Assembly (NCBI GenBank): GCA_934089275.1
Contig: CAKOJJ010000003.1
Span: forward strand, 2,565 to 66,564
Length of the DNA stretch: 64,000 nucleotides
Source of the DNA: an uncultured Bacilli bacterium
GTDB lineage: Bacteria > Bacillota_I > Bacilli_A > RF39 > UBA660
Direction of reading: 5' to 3'
In this document: positions 48,461 to 58,158 of the stretch, in pieces
How the letters are laid out: every line of letters begins with the position of its first letter
Position numbering within the stretch: the stretch's first letter is position 1
Made by a program: the position numbers and the translations under genes
The notes under the pieces: generated by a model
Told to the model about the DNA's origin: nothing
The model's database searches: none
The model's input: the letters and a program-made list of their open reading frames with translations, nothing else

Positions 48461-49210
48461 ATGAAAATCTTAATAACTATTGGTATTATCCTTTTATGTA
48501 TATTTATTATATTAGGTATTATATTTCTATATTTATATTTTAAATTGAAAACTAGTATAAAAAGTCTAGGATTAACTAAAAGTGATTTCATGAGTATGAT
48601 TAAAGAGGGAGAAGAAGATAGTAAATATCGTCATAAATCTATTTCTGGAATGAGCAATTTATTGCTTCCAAGAATTATTAAAGACTTTCCAAATTTTAGT
48701 GAATCAGAATTATATAGTAAAGTTGAAACATCTTTGCTTGCTATTTTCCATTCTTTAGAGGATGGTTATGTTCAAAAGAAAGTTGAACTTAATATAATAA
48801 AAAGTAATTTAGAAAGTAAAATACAGGATTTAAAAAATAGCAATACAAAAGTTAGATTTGAAGATATTGTATTCCATAAGCACGCTATAAAAGGGTATAA
48901 AAAAACAGATGGAGTTTTAATTATTACTGTTGCAACTTCATTGGAATATTATTATTCTTGTAAAAAAGATGATAAAGTAGTAGATGAATATCGTGACTAT
49001 AAAAAACAAACTTCATATACAACTAAATTCATATATGTTTATGACCCCGAAAAATATGAACAAACATCATCTTTAGTTGGAATTCATTGTCCAAACTGTG
49101 GTTCACCAGTTAAAGAGCTTTCTAATAAGCATTGCTCTTATTGTGGAAGTGGACTAGAAGATATTAATTTAAAATCTTGGTTTATAAGTGAATATAAAGA
49201 GGATAAATAA
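48461..49210 (+). CDS. Membrane-anchored protein with a C-terminal zinc ribbon
   Basis: N-terminal TM helix. CPNCGSPV...CSYCGS near the C-terminus. Confidence 0.6.
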   Translation: MKILITIGIILLCIFIILGIIFLYLYFKLKTSIKSLGLTKSDFMSMIKEGEEDSKYRHKSISGMSNLLLPRIIKDFPNFSESELYSKVETSLLAIFHSLEDGYVQKKVELNIIKSNLESKIQDLKNSNTKVRFEDIVFHKHAIKGYKKTDGVLIITVATSLEYYYSCKKDDKVVDEYRDYKKQTSYTTKFIYVYDPEKYEQTSSLVGIHCPNCGSPVKELSNKHCSYCGSGLEDINLKSWFISEYKEDK

Positions 49211-49245
49211 AGTTTAATTCTCTTTTTTTGTGATATAATATCTTT

Positions 49246-51426
49246 ATGGATAAAATTACTGGAAAATTCAAAAAAATTATTTATGATGGAAATACGGGAT
49301 ATAAGGTCCTTCTTTTTCGCGTGAAAACAGCTAATGATGAAATAAAAGATATTGTAAATACAACAATAACTATTAATGGCTATTTTCATGAAACTAATAT
49401 GGATGAATCATATGAATTAACGGGAAATTATGTTCTTAACGAAAAATATGGATATCAATTTCAAGTAAGTAGTTATAAAAAAGAGGAAATCGTTGGAGTC
49501 AATAAAGTAGAGGAATTTTTATCATCCCCATTTATTAAAGGATGTGGAGAAAAAACAGCTAAAAAGATAGTTGAAGTTTTAGGAGAAAATGCAATTACAT
49601 TAATTAAAGAAGATAAAAACAATTTATATAAAGTTGGTATCTCTGAATCTACTGTTGAAAAAATATATAAATCTATAATGGATTATTATGATTCGGATGA
49701 AACTATTATGTTTTTAAAAAGTCTAGATTTTTCAAATAAAGAAGTTATGAAAATATTAAATAAATATGGTAATAAGGCTCGTGAAATTGCTAAAAATAAT
49801 TTGTATGCTTTAATTGAATTTGTTGATTTTCCATCTTTAGATAAAGCATATTTTAAAATATATGATGAAACAAATGATATGCGTATCAGTGCTTGTATTA
49901 TTGAAGCTATGAAAAGAGCTACGTTTTCATCAGGGGATACTTATTCTTTTAAAGATGAAATTCTTGCCATTTTAAATCAAGATTTTGATATTGAAATAAA
50001 TGAACATATAGATGACATCTTTGAAAAGTTAATCTTTAGTGGTGACGTAAAGATAATAGATGATAAGTATTATTTAATGGATGCATATCTTGATGAAAAG
50101 AATATTGCGGATACTTTATCTAAAATGTTAAATAATGAGGAAAGTAATATTAATGGTTTTGATAAATTCTTTGAATTTGTTGAAAGTGAATTCAATATCA
50201 AGTACGATGATAATCAAAGAAATGCCATTAAAGAAGTATTAAGACAACCAGTATCAATTATTACTGGTGGTCCAGGAACAGGTAAAACGACAATTATAAA
50301 AGGATTACTTAGAATGTATCAATATGTAAATAACTTAACTGATTTACAAATGAGTACCCATGTTGCTCTTTTAGCTCCAACTGGAAGAGCAAGTAAACGT
50401 ATGAGTGAGACAACTAATTTTGGTTCTTCTACTATACATAGATATTTAAAATGGAATAAAGAAAGCAATGAATTTGGAGTAAATGAATTTAATAAAGAAG
50501 TTCATAAGTTTATTATTGTTGATGAAACAAGTATGATTGATAATTTTTTAATGAGTTCACTTCTTAAAGGAATTGATTCAAAAACTAAAATATGTTTTGT
50601 AGGTGATGAATATCAACTTCCATCAGTAAACTCTGGAAATGTTTTAAGGGATTTAATTAAAACAGGTATGTTTCCACATATAAGATTAACTGAGATTTAT
50701 CGTCAAAGTGATAATTCCTTTATTCCTATACTTGCAAGTGAAGTAAAAAATATGGAACTTGATTATGATGTACAAGAGAAAAAAGATGACTATAATTTTT
50801 TACCATGTGATAAAGAAAATATTAAAGATATGATTGGAATGATTATTAGAAAATCTGTTGAAAAGGGTATTGATGAAAAAAAGATTCAAGTGCTTATTCC
50901 AATGTATAAAGGCGCAAATGGAATAGATGAAGTTAATAAAGTATTGCAAACTATTTTTAATCCATATAACTCTCATCTAGATGAAGTTGAAATTGGTCCA
51001 GTTACGTTTAGAGTTGGAGATAAAATTATAAATCTTGTCAATAATGTTGAAGAAAATATCTTTAATGGAGATATTGGTTATATAAGTGAAATAAATAAAT
51101 CTAAACCTTCTGAATTTATGAAGATTGATTTTTATGGTAATAAAGTTACTTTTAAAAGAGAAGAAATTCAAACAATTAAACATGCTTATGCAATGAGTAT
51201 TCATAAAAGTCAAGGTAGTGAATTTGATCATGTTATATTACCTGTTTCTAATGAATATATGCGTATGCTTTATAATAAACTTATTTATACAGGTATATCA
51301 AGAGCCAAGAAATCTTTGGTGATTATTGGTGATATGCGTGCATTTGTATATGGTGTAAATAATAATTATAGTAAAGAAAGAAAAACTTCGTTGGTAGAAT
51401 TCATTATGAATAATTTTAACTCATAA
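49246..51426 (+). CDS. recD2: SF1B ATP-dependent DNA helicase RecD2
   Basis: Motifs ITGGPGTGKTT, IIVDETSMID, GDEYQLPSV and IHKSQGSEFDHVILPV. The N-terminal OB/HhH region is typical of RecD2. Confidence 0.9.
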   Translation: MDKITGKFKKIIYDGNTGYKVLLFRVKTANDEIKDIVNTTITINGYFHETNMDESYELTGNYVLNEKYGYQFQVSSYKKEEIVGVNKVEEFLSSPFIKGCGEKTAKKIVEVLGENAITLIKEDKNNLYKVGISESTVEKIYKSIMDYYDSDETIMFLKSLDFSNKEVMKILNKYGNKAREIAKNNLYALIEFVDFPSLDKAYFKIYDETNDMRISACIIEAMKRATFSSGDTYSFKDEILAILNQDFDIEINEHIDDIFEKLIFSGDVKIIDDKYYLMDAYLDEKNIADTLSKMLNNEESNINGFDKFFEFVESEFNIKYDDNQRNAIKEVLRQPVSIITGGPGTGKTTIIKGLLRMYQYVNNLTDLQMSTHVALLAPTGRASKRMSETTNFGSSTIHRYLKWNKESNEFGVNEFNKEVHKFIIVDETSMIDNFLMSSLLKGIDSKTKICFVGDEYQLPSVNSGNVLRDLIKTGMFPHIRLTEIYRQSDNSFIPILASEVKNMELDYDVQEKKDDYNFLPCDKENIKDMIGMIIRKSVEKGIDEKKIQVLIPMYKGANGIDEVNKVLQTIFNPYNSHLDEVEIGPVTFRVGDKIINLVNNVEENIFNGDIGYISEINKSKPSEFMKIDFYGNKVTFKREEIQTIKHAYAMSIHKSQGSEFDHVILPVSNEYMRMLYNKLIYTGISRAKKSLVIIGDMRAFVYGVNNNYSKERKTSLVEFIMNNFNS

Positions 51427-51452
51427 ATCCATACTAAAAATGGAGGTATGTT

Positions 51453-51587
51453 ATGAAAAAAATGATGAATATTGCTTGTCCTTTGTTTTCTCTTTCTTGT
51501 CTTATGTTAACAGGTTATCTTTTATATAAACAAAATGGGAGAAACATGTTAGATATAATAATAGAAGAAATTGATACAATAAAATAG
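51453..51587 (+). CDS. Possible 44-aa membrane peptide
   Basis: ATG lies 7 nt after GGAGGT. It translates to MKKMMNIACPLFSLSCLMLTGYLLYKQNGRNMLDIIIEEIDTIK and ends at the bidirectional terminator. Confidence 0.35.
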   Translation: MKKMMNIACPLFSLSCLMLTGYLLYKQNGRNMLDIIIEEIDTIK

Positions 51588-51613
51588 AACTTCGAAATTG
51601 AAGTTCTATTTTA
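51584..51613. terminator. Bidirectional rho-independent terminator
   Basis: Perfect 10-bp stem ATAGAACTTC / GAAGTTCTAT flanked by A- and T-runs. Confidence 0.8.
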
Positions 51614-52532
51614 ATTCTACATAAATTGATTTATCAAAAGAATGATCTTTAATATCAAATGATTCAAGAGTAGGTGTATCTATAAGATAAAATTTGTGAA
51701 GTAGGTTGTTAACTGAATGATCTTCACTTACGGGGTCATCCCAAGTAAGATCGATATGTTTCCATTCGTTATTTATTTTTACAGCATTCCATACGTGAGT
51801 TTTACTGGCTACTTTGTAATTATCTAATCCAAGTTTATCAAGAACGATGCTCATAACATCTGTGTAACCAGAACAAATACCGAAACCCTCGAATAAAGGA
51901 CCGTTTGCTCTAGCAGAGTTATGTGTAGTTTCTCCTTTTTTTATTTCATTTTCATAAGCTTCATCATATTTTGTGTTGTTTATAATATAGTCATGGAAAG
52001 CATAAATAATATCTTCATTACTCATATCTTGAGTTACAATGTCTTTCCATATAGAATCAATTTTATTACTAATATTTATAATATCTTCGTTTGAGTATAG
52101 TCTTTTGATATCCAATGTTACTTCTCCAGAGGTATCAAATTGAACTTTTAAACTAGTAAAATTATTATATGGAGAAACGAAGTTTCCAATAGTTGTTAAA
52201 ATATCAACGTTTTCTGGATTGCTTATTTTTTTTACATCATCTAAACAATCTAAATATTCACTTGGACAATAGAAAGTAAAGTTTTCATAACCAGAATCTA
52301 AAACTGTATAAAATACATTTAAAAGTTCTTGATAATTATATGGTTTATAATCTTTACTTATTTGTACAAAGTCGTAATTTTTATTTTTAGAATATTGATT
52401 TTTCTTTTCGATACTTAAAGTAGGGGTGTTATTAAAAAATTTTTTAGTAATGTTTACAATACTATCCAATTTGTAGATTGTAAATCCAAGTATGCATACA
52501 CATATTAGAAGAGTTAATAATCGTTTTTTCAT
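51606..52532 (-). CDS. Membrane-anchored transglutaminase-like domain protein
   Basis: N-terminal anchor. GICSGYTDVMSIVL ... KTHVWNAVKINNEWKHIDLTWDD forms the Cys-His-Asp core. Confidence 0.7.
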   Translation of the reverse strand: MKKRLLTLLICVCILGFTIYKLDSIVNITKKFFNNTPTLSIEKKNQYSKNKNYDFVQISKDYKPYNYQELLNVFYTVLDSGYENFTFYCPSEYLDCLDDVKKISNPENVDILTTIGNFVSPYNNFTSLKVQFDTSGEVTLDIKRLYSNEDIINISNKIDSIWKDIVTQDMSNEDIIYAFHDYIINNTKYDEAYENEIKKGETTHNSARANGPLFEGFGICSGYTDVMSIVLDKLGLDNYKVASKTHVWNAVKINNEWKHIDLTWDDPVSEDHSVNNLLHKFYLIDTPTLESFDIKDHSFDKSIYVELK

Positions 52533-52587
52533 GTGACCACCTATTTAATATAATAACATATATGCAGTATAAAAAAAAGAAATGAAA

Positions 52588-52854
52588 TTAATTATTCATT
52601 TCTTTTACTTTTTTATTTAATCTTGATTTTTGTCTAGCACAAGTATTCTTCTTAACTAATCCTTTAGAACAAGCTTTGTCAATATTTGCTATAACGTTTT
52701 TAAGTTCTTTATTAGCAGTTTCAGAATCATTATTCTTAATAGCTTTTTCACATTTCTTCATAGAATTTTTAACTCTTGCAGTATATTCGTTGTTTGCAGC
52801 AGTTTGAACTCTATCAGTTTTTACAGATTTTTTAGAACTTTTAATATTAGGCAT
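52588..52854 (-). CDS. rpsT: 30S ribosomal protein S20
   Basis: MPNIKSSKKSVKTDRVQ...ARQKSRL is canonical S20. AAGGAAGGAGCG RBS. The listed start at 52908 is an unlikely extension. Confidence 0.9.
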   Translation of the reverse strand: MPNIKSSKKSVKTDRVQTAANNEYTARVKNSMKKCEKAIKNNDSETANKELKNVIANIDKACSKGLVKKNTCARQKSRLNKKVKEMNN

Positions 52855-52991
52855 TATAATTCGCTCCTTCCTTAAATACATATTAGATTTTATCAAAAAA
52901 ATATGCATTTTGCAAACAAATTCGGTAAATATTTGTAAATATTATAAAAAAATTGAAAAAGTTATAGTTAATCATGCTAAAATTATGTTAA

Positions 52992-54470
52992 ATGGATGGT
53001 GATATTATGCAAAGTATTAAATCAGATATTGAGGAATTAAAGGAACTTGCTAATTCTGCTGAAATGACTTCCGAAGAAAAGAAAATTATAACAAAATTTT
53101 TAAATTATATTAGGTTAAATATTAAATTAAGTATTTTTAATAAGGTTATTTCTAGTAAAGATGAAGTTACAGAATTGGTTGCTTCAATTGATAATTTAAT
53201 TTCTATGTATGAACAATCTTTAAGAAATAGTGTTGATGATAATGGTTATAGTTTTAAGATAAAAAGACTTAATGAAATAAAGGCCAGTATTTTAGAAAAC
53301 AATTATGAATATTTTGTACAAGATATAATTAATGATTTTCAAGATGAACAAGAACTTATTGATATGTGCAGTTTATCATTATCATCTGATTATCGAAAAT
53401 TTGAAACTTATTTTGGTAAACCATTGGTTTCAAATGACGGAAAAAGTATTCATGGTTATAAAATAGATGAAGAAACTGTTGATCGTGTATTTAGTATAAT
53501 TATGAATAGACCTTTAAATAGAAGTATTAATAGTTATGTATTTGCTCTAAAATCATCTCAAAAATTTGATTTTAAATTAAAACAATTAAAGAATAGAAGA
53601 GAATTGTTTGAAAAGTGTATTGAAAATCATGATTTATTAGAAGACTTCATAAAAACTCTTGTTGAATTAGCAAAAGAAAAAGAAGAGTATGGAAAATATG
53701 AAAGTGTTTATAGAAGAAATAATAATGTGATTCAAGTAATAGATTCAGGATCTTTTCTTGAAAGACTTAGTAAAAAATACGAAAGAGCTAAAAGAGTAGA
53801 GGAAAACGAGAGACTTGAAAAAGATTATCTTCAAACTCAAAGAGAGCGTATAGCAACATTAGAAGAAAAAAGAAACGATTTATTTACAAAATTAGCTGAT
53901 GTTGGATTAGAATATGTGTTAATTCAATTAGAAAATAAAATAAAAATGGTAAATGCAAAAGTAATTTATGAAATTGATCCTAAAACGGTTGATAATTATG
54001 ATCATGTTGCCCATACATTGTTTAATGAATTAATAGCTTTTAACAATAAATCAATATTCTCAAAAGATGCTAGGTGTCAAAGAGAAATTGATTTGGCTGA
54101 TGATCTTTATAGTTTAATTCTTGAAGAAAAACAAAAATATATAACAAAAAAAGAAAATATTTTTTACAATATGGACGCTGCTGGTCAAACTTTAATAAAT
54201 GAGCATTTAAGTGACTGTGTTAAAATTTCTGAATTAGAAAATTCTGATAGAAGGTACTGTGTTTCTCCAATGTTAAGTGCATTTATAATAAGAGTTATTT
54301 CTAAACTAAAAGGCATTAGTTTTAATGATTTAAGTGAAACTTTCTTGGATGAGAGTGATCAAAATAAATTAAAAAAAGATTATGATGATTTTATAAATAG
54401 AAAAATTGGTGAAGTTTACGATCAAATTAGTCGATTAAAAGATGATGAAGTTCCTATAAATAATTTATAG
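52992..54470 (+). CDS. Hypothetical coiled-coil protein (492 aa)
   Basis: Long ORF. ATG 53007 is an alternative start. No family recognised. Confidence 0.6.
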   Translation: MDGDIMQSIKSDIEELKELANSAEMTSEEKKIITKFLNYIRLNIKLSIFNKVISSKDEVTELVASIDNLISMYEQSLRNSVDDNGYSFKIKRLNEIKASILENNYEYFVQDIINDFQDEQELIDMCSLSLSSDYRKFETYFGKPLVSNDGKSIHGYKIDEETVDRVFSIIMNRPLNRSINSYVFALKSSQKFDFKLKQLKNRRELFEKCIENHDLLEDFIKTLVELAKEKEEYGKYESVYRRNNNVIQVIDSGSFLERLSKKYERAKRVEENERLEKDYLQTQRERIATLEEKRNDLFTKLADVGLEYVLIQLENKIKMVNAKVIYEIDPKTVDNYDHVAHTLFNELIAFNNKSIFSKDARCQREIDLADDLYSLILEEKQKYITKKENIFYNMDAAGQTLINEHLSDCVKISELENSDRRYCVSPMLSAFIIRVISKLKGISFNDLSETFLDESDQNKLKKDYDDFINRKIGEVYDQISRLKDDEVPINNL

Positions 54471-54533
54471 GAATTTTTTTATATATTTGTATAAAAGGAA
54501 AAAAATAAACCCATATATATAGTAGGTGATAAT

Positions 54534-55160
54534 ATGGATTTGTTAGTTGTAATGTCAAGAACAATATTTTTTTACTTCTTAATTTTAATATGCTATCGTG
54601 TAATGGGAAAAAGGGAAATTGCTCAGCTTTCTGTAAGTGATTTAACTATTTCGATACTTATAGCAGAGTTAGTAGCAATTAGTATTGAAAACAAAGATGA
54701 ATCTACTTTTCTAACAATTCTTCCAATTCTACTTTTGGTTTTCTTAGAAATATTGTTAGCATATATACAACTTAAATGTAATGGTTTAAGAAGATTAATT
54801 GATGGAAAGCCAAGTATGATAATTGATAATGGTAAACTAAATATTAAAGAAATGGTTCGTCAACGTTACAGTGTTGATGACTTGGTATTAGCGTTAAGAA
54901 CTAATAAAGTAAAAAATATTAAAGATGTTGATTATGCGATACTAGAAACCGATGGAAGCTTATCGGTATTTAAAAAAAGTATGGATTCAAGTTATCCTCT
55001 TCCAATTGTTGTTGATGGTAAAATAGATGAAAATGTCTTAAAAAAATATCATAAAAGTAAAGAATGGTTAATAAAAAAATTAGAGGAAAACAATTTAACC
55101 TTAAAAACCACTTTATATGCTTTTTATAAAGGAAATACAATGTATGTTGTAAGAAAATGA
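54534..55160 (+). CDS. DUF421 (YetF-like) membrane protein
   Basis: RVMGKREIAQLSVSDLTISILIAELVA and the overall size match the DUF421 family common in spore formers. Confidence 0.75.
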   Translation: MDLLVVMSRTIFFYFLILICYRVMGKREIAQLSVSDLTISILIAELVAISIENKDESTFLTILPILLLVFLEILLAYIQLKCNGLRRLIDGKPSMIIDNGKLNIKEMVRQRYSVDDLVLALRTNKVKNIKDVDYAILETDGSLSVFKKSMDSSYPLPIVVDGKIDENVLKKYHKSKEWLIKKLEENNLTLKTTLYAFYKGNTMYVVRK

Positions 55161-55293
55161 TAAATTTGGTTTTTGATATGATTAATTAATGTAAAACAAA
55201 AGTGTAAAAATAAATGTAAATAGATATAATATTTACATTTTTTAATTGAACTAAAAAAATCTTCATTTTATAATTTTATTATAGGTGAGGCAT

Positions 55294-55983
55294 ATGAAAG
55301 GTAAAACATCTGGAATAATAGAATTATTATTAAGCATATTAGTCATTGTTTTATTTCATTTCTTCTATTTTAAGTTATTAAGTCTTTTTGGTTTACACTT
55401 AAAAGGCATAGCTTATTTAATAGCAGATACAATAAAATATGTATTAATGTCAGTTATAATTTTCTTTATCTATTATAAGTATATTGTTCATGGGCATAGA
55501 CAATATAACAAGACGTTTTTAAACAATGTTATATATTCCGTAGCAACTTTTATCTTTTTAATAGTTATTACAATTGTTTTACATGATTTACTTAATTCAA
55601 TAGGATCATCTAAAGGATTGAAAGTAGGATATTACTTTGTTGATTATTTTCATCAAAAATTTACTTTGACTTTTATTCTTAATTTCCTAAAGAATGTAAT
55701 TTTCATACCATTCCTATTATGTGTAATATTTCCTTTAGGTTTTTCAAGCATATTTAAGAAAAATTTTACAGCTTCTATAATATGTGGGTTAACATACGGA
55801 ATATTATATGGTTTAAGTCGTGGAGGTACTTTTGAAACTGCACTTTTCTATAGTATTACTCCTGGAGTTATTATGATGACTCTTACATATTTATATAAAG
55901 CAAATAAAAATATATTTGCCGTTATTGTAACATATATAATATATGTATTATTTGGAGTTTTCTTAATAAACTATATAGTATAG
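55294..55983 (+). CDS. Polytopic membrane protein
   Basis: ATG 55294 follows AGGTGAGG. About 6 TM segments. No family recognised. Confidence 0.6.
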   Translation: MKGKTSGIIELLLSILVIVLFHFFYFKLLSLFGLHLKGIAYLIADTIKYVLMSVIIFFIYYKYIVHGHRQYNKTFLNNVIYSVATFIFLIVITIVLHDLLNSIGSSKGLKVGYYFVDYFHQKFTLTFILNFLKNVIFIPFLLCVIFPLGFSSIFKKNFTASIICGLTYGILYGLSRGGTFETALFYSITPGVIMMTLTYLYKANKNIFAVIVTYIIYVLFGVFLINYIV

Positions 55984-55991
55984 GTGAAAAT

Positions 55992-56873
55992 ATGAATAAC
56001 TTTAAAAAAGCTTTATTGAAAATATTACTAGCAATTGTTGTGTTCTTTTATACTTCAATACCAGTTTTAGTTATTTTAAGAACTATTGGTATGAATATAA
56101 CTTCGGCAAATTATAAATCACTTGTTGTTTTTGATTTTATTTCTTCTTTTATTGTTGCAATATTAATAAGTTTTATCTATTTTGATTTACTTAAAGAGGA
56201 TTTAAAAAAAATAAAAGAAAAATGTGATAATAAATTTGTTAATTATTTAAAGAACATTATTATTGGATTTCTATGTTTGCTTGCTGTTAAGTATATAAGT
56301 GCCATAGTGGTAACTGTTATAAGCACGATACTTGGGGTTGAAATTAGTACTTCAGATAATCAAGCAGTAATAGAAAAAATGGTAAATAATTTACCATTAT
56401 TAATTACTTTGTCTGCCTCTTTCTTTGCTCCTGTGAGCGAGGAAGTGTTATTTAGAGGTGGTATAAGAAAACTTATGAATAATAAAGGGGTATTTATAAC
56501 TGTAAGTGGACTTATCTTTGGACTGATGCATGTAACGGATAATATTGTCTTTATTTTAGAAATATTATTTATAGGTATGATTGTTAATTATATCTTAAAT
56601 AATAAATCTAACGATCGATTAGTCAAATTATCCGTTATGGCAATAGTTCTATTACTAATTCTAAGTGGTGTTATTTATTACTTTGAATTTGGAAATTTGA
56701 TTACGAAAATTACAAGTTTAAATATAAATGAAATTATTAATAGTATTTCTTATATAGCCATGGGAATGTATTTAGCATATATTTATGCTAAAGAAAATAA
56801 TATATATATAAATATTGGAGTTCATTCGCTTAACAATATTTTATCGATGATAGTGTTATTGCTTTTCGCGTAA
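55992..56873 (+). CDS. CPBP family intramembrane glutamic endopeptidase (CAAX protease-like)
   Basis: Motifs SEEVLFRGG, FGLMH and HSLNN in a polytopic protein. Confidence 0.8.
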   Translation: MNNFKKALLKILLAIVVFFYTSIPVLVILRTIGMNITSANYKSLVVFDFISSFIVAILISFIYFDLLKEDLKKIKEKCDNKFVNYLKNIIIGFLCLLAVKYISAIVVTVISTILGVEISTSDNQAVIEKMVNNLPLLITLSASFFAPVSEEVLFRGGIRKLMNNKGVFITVSGLIFGLMHVTDNIVFILEILFIGMIVNYILNNKSNDRLVKLSVMAIVLLLILSGVIYYFEFGNLITKITSLNINEIINSISYIAMGMYLAYIYAKENNIYINIGVHSLNNILSMIVLLLFA

Positions 56874-56904
56874 TAATAATTTATAATATATCGAAAAAAG
56901 AAGT

Positions 56905-57369
56905 GTGATTAATATGTTAACTATCGATGATTTGTTATTTATTGCAATCGTTGTGTGGTTACTTCTTATTTCGGTAATAGTGTTAAAAGCATTGAAGAAT
57001 AAGGAGGAAATCATGAGTAGTGAAGCAAAATCAAGAAGAGATATGATTGATTTAGAAAAAATAACAAAAAATATAGAAAGAGATTATAAACCTGCTAATA
57101 TAAATTTAACTAGCTATGAGCAAGAACAAGAGGATAATGCTATAATTAGTTATCAAGAGTTATTGAATAGTAAGGATAAAAATCATGTTAATTACGACGG
57201 ATCTTTTAATAATAAAACAGATATAGATATAAAAAAAGTTGATTTAAGCAATAATGATAAAAATGGTTATGATGAGCATAATCAAATAAATGTAACTTTA
57301 ATGAGTTATGAAAAAGAAGAAGCTTTTTTAAAAGCTTTAAAACAATTAAAAATTGATTTAGTTAGATAA
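56905..57369 (+). CDS. Hypothetical N-terminally anchored protein
   Basis: One TM helix followed by a charged region. ATG 56914 is an alternative start. Confidence 0.5.
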   Translation: MINMLTIDDLLFIAIVVWLLLISVIVLKALKNKEEIMSSEAKSRRDMIDLEKITKNIERDYKPANINLTSYEQEQEDNAIISYQELLNSKDKNHVNYDGSFNNKTDIDIKKVDLSNNDKNGYDEHNQINVTLMSYEKEEAFLKALKQLKIDLVR

Positions 57370-57389
57370 CTCAAAAAGCAAAAATGTTA

Positions 57390-57423
57390 AAACTACCAAA
57401 CTTAAAATTTGGTAGTTTTTTTT
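57390..57423 (+). terminator. Rho-independent terminator
   Basis: AAACTACCAAA / TTTGGTAGTTT stem followed by a T-run. Confidence 0.8.
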
Positions 57424-57521
57424 AATAAATTTTAATTATCTACATATAAATTGATAAAAATGTTAAAAATTTTATTCTCCAAATTTTACCACAAATTACA
57501 AATGTTATAAAACTGAAAATT

Positions 57522-58158
57522 TTTACACATAATAAAAACGATATATATTCTATACAATAAATATCTTGTGTAATAAAGAATTTGACAAAATAACGTAAAC
57601 CCTTCAAAACGACTTGAAAATCGGGGGGGGTATTATAAAATAAAGTGGTAGAAAGTAGGAAAGAATATGAAAAAGAAAAGTATGCTTATAGTAGCAATAT
57701 TATTAATGTCTATTGGATTTGCAGCAGTATCAACAACATTAGTAATAAATGGAAATGCAAACGTAAGTGAAAATGAAGAAGATTTCAGTGTAATCTTCAC
57801 AGCTGCAAGTATAGATGGAAAGGATGTATACAATTCAGTAATAGATGATACAAAGAAAATAATTAATTTCACAACAAGTGAACTAAAAACACTTAATCAA
57901 ACAAGTATACTAACATATGAAGTAACAAACAACTCAAGTAACTATGATGCAGAAGTAAAAGTAACATGTGTACCAAAAGACGGAACAACAGCAAAATATA
58001 CAAGTATTAAAAATAAACTAGAAAATGATGCAACGAAAGTATTAGCTAAAAAAAGCGTAAACGGAACATTAACAATAACTCTTGATAAAATGCCAACAGA
58101 AGAAGTAAGTGAAGAATATACATGTAAGTTAGAATTCAATGCCGTAGAAAGAGATACA
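57522..58158 (+). repeat. Copy 2 of the ~650-bp dispersed repeat (promoter, 5'UTR, signal peptide and N-terminal domain)
   Basis: Hand alignment with 9505..10155. Confidence 0.85.
57614..57641 (+). promoter_or_regulatory. Putative sigmaA promoter with a G8 tract in the spacer
   Basis: TTGAAA (57614-19), a 16-nt spacer containing G8 (57623-30), then TAAAAT (57636-41). Confidence 0.5.
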
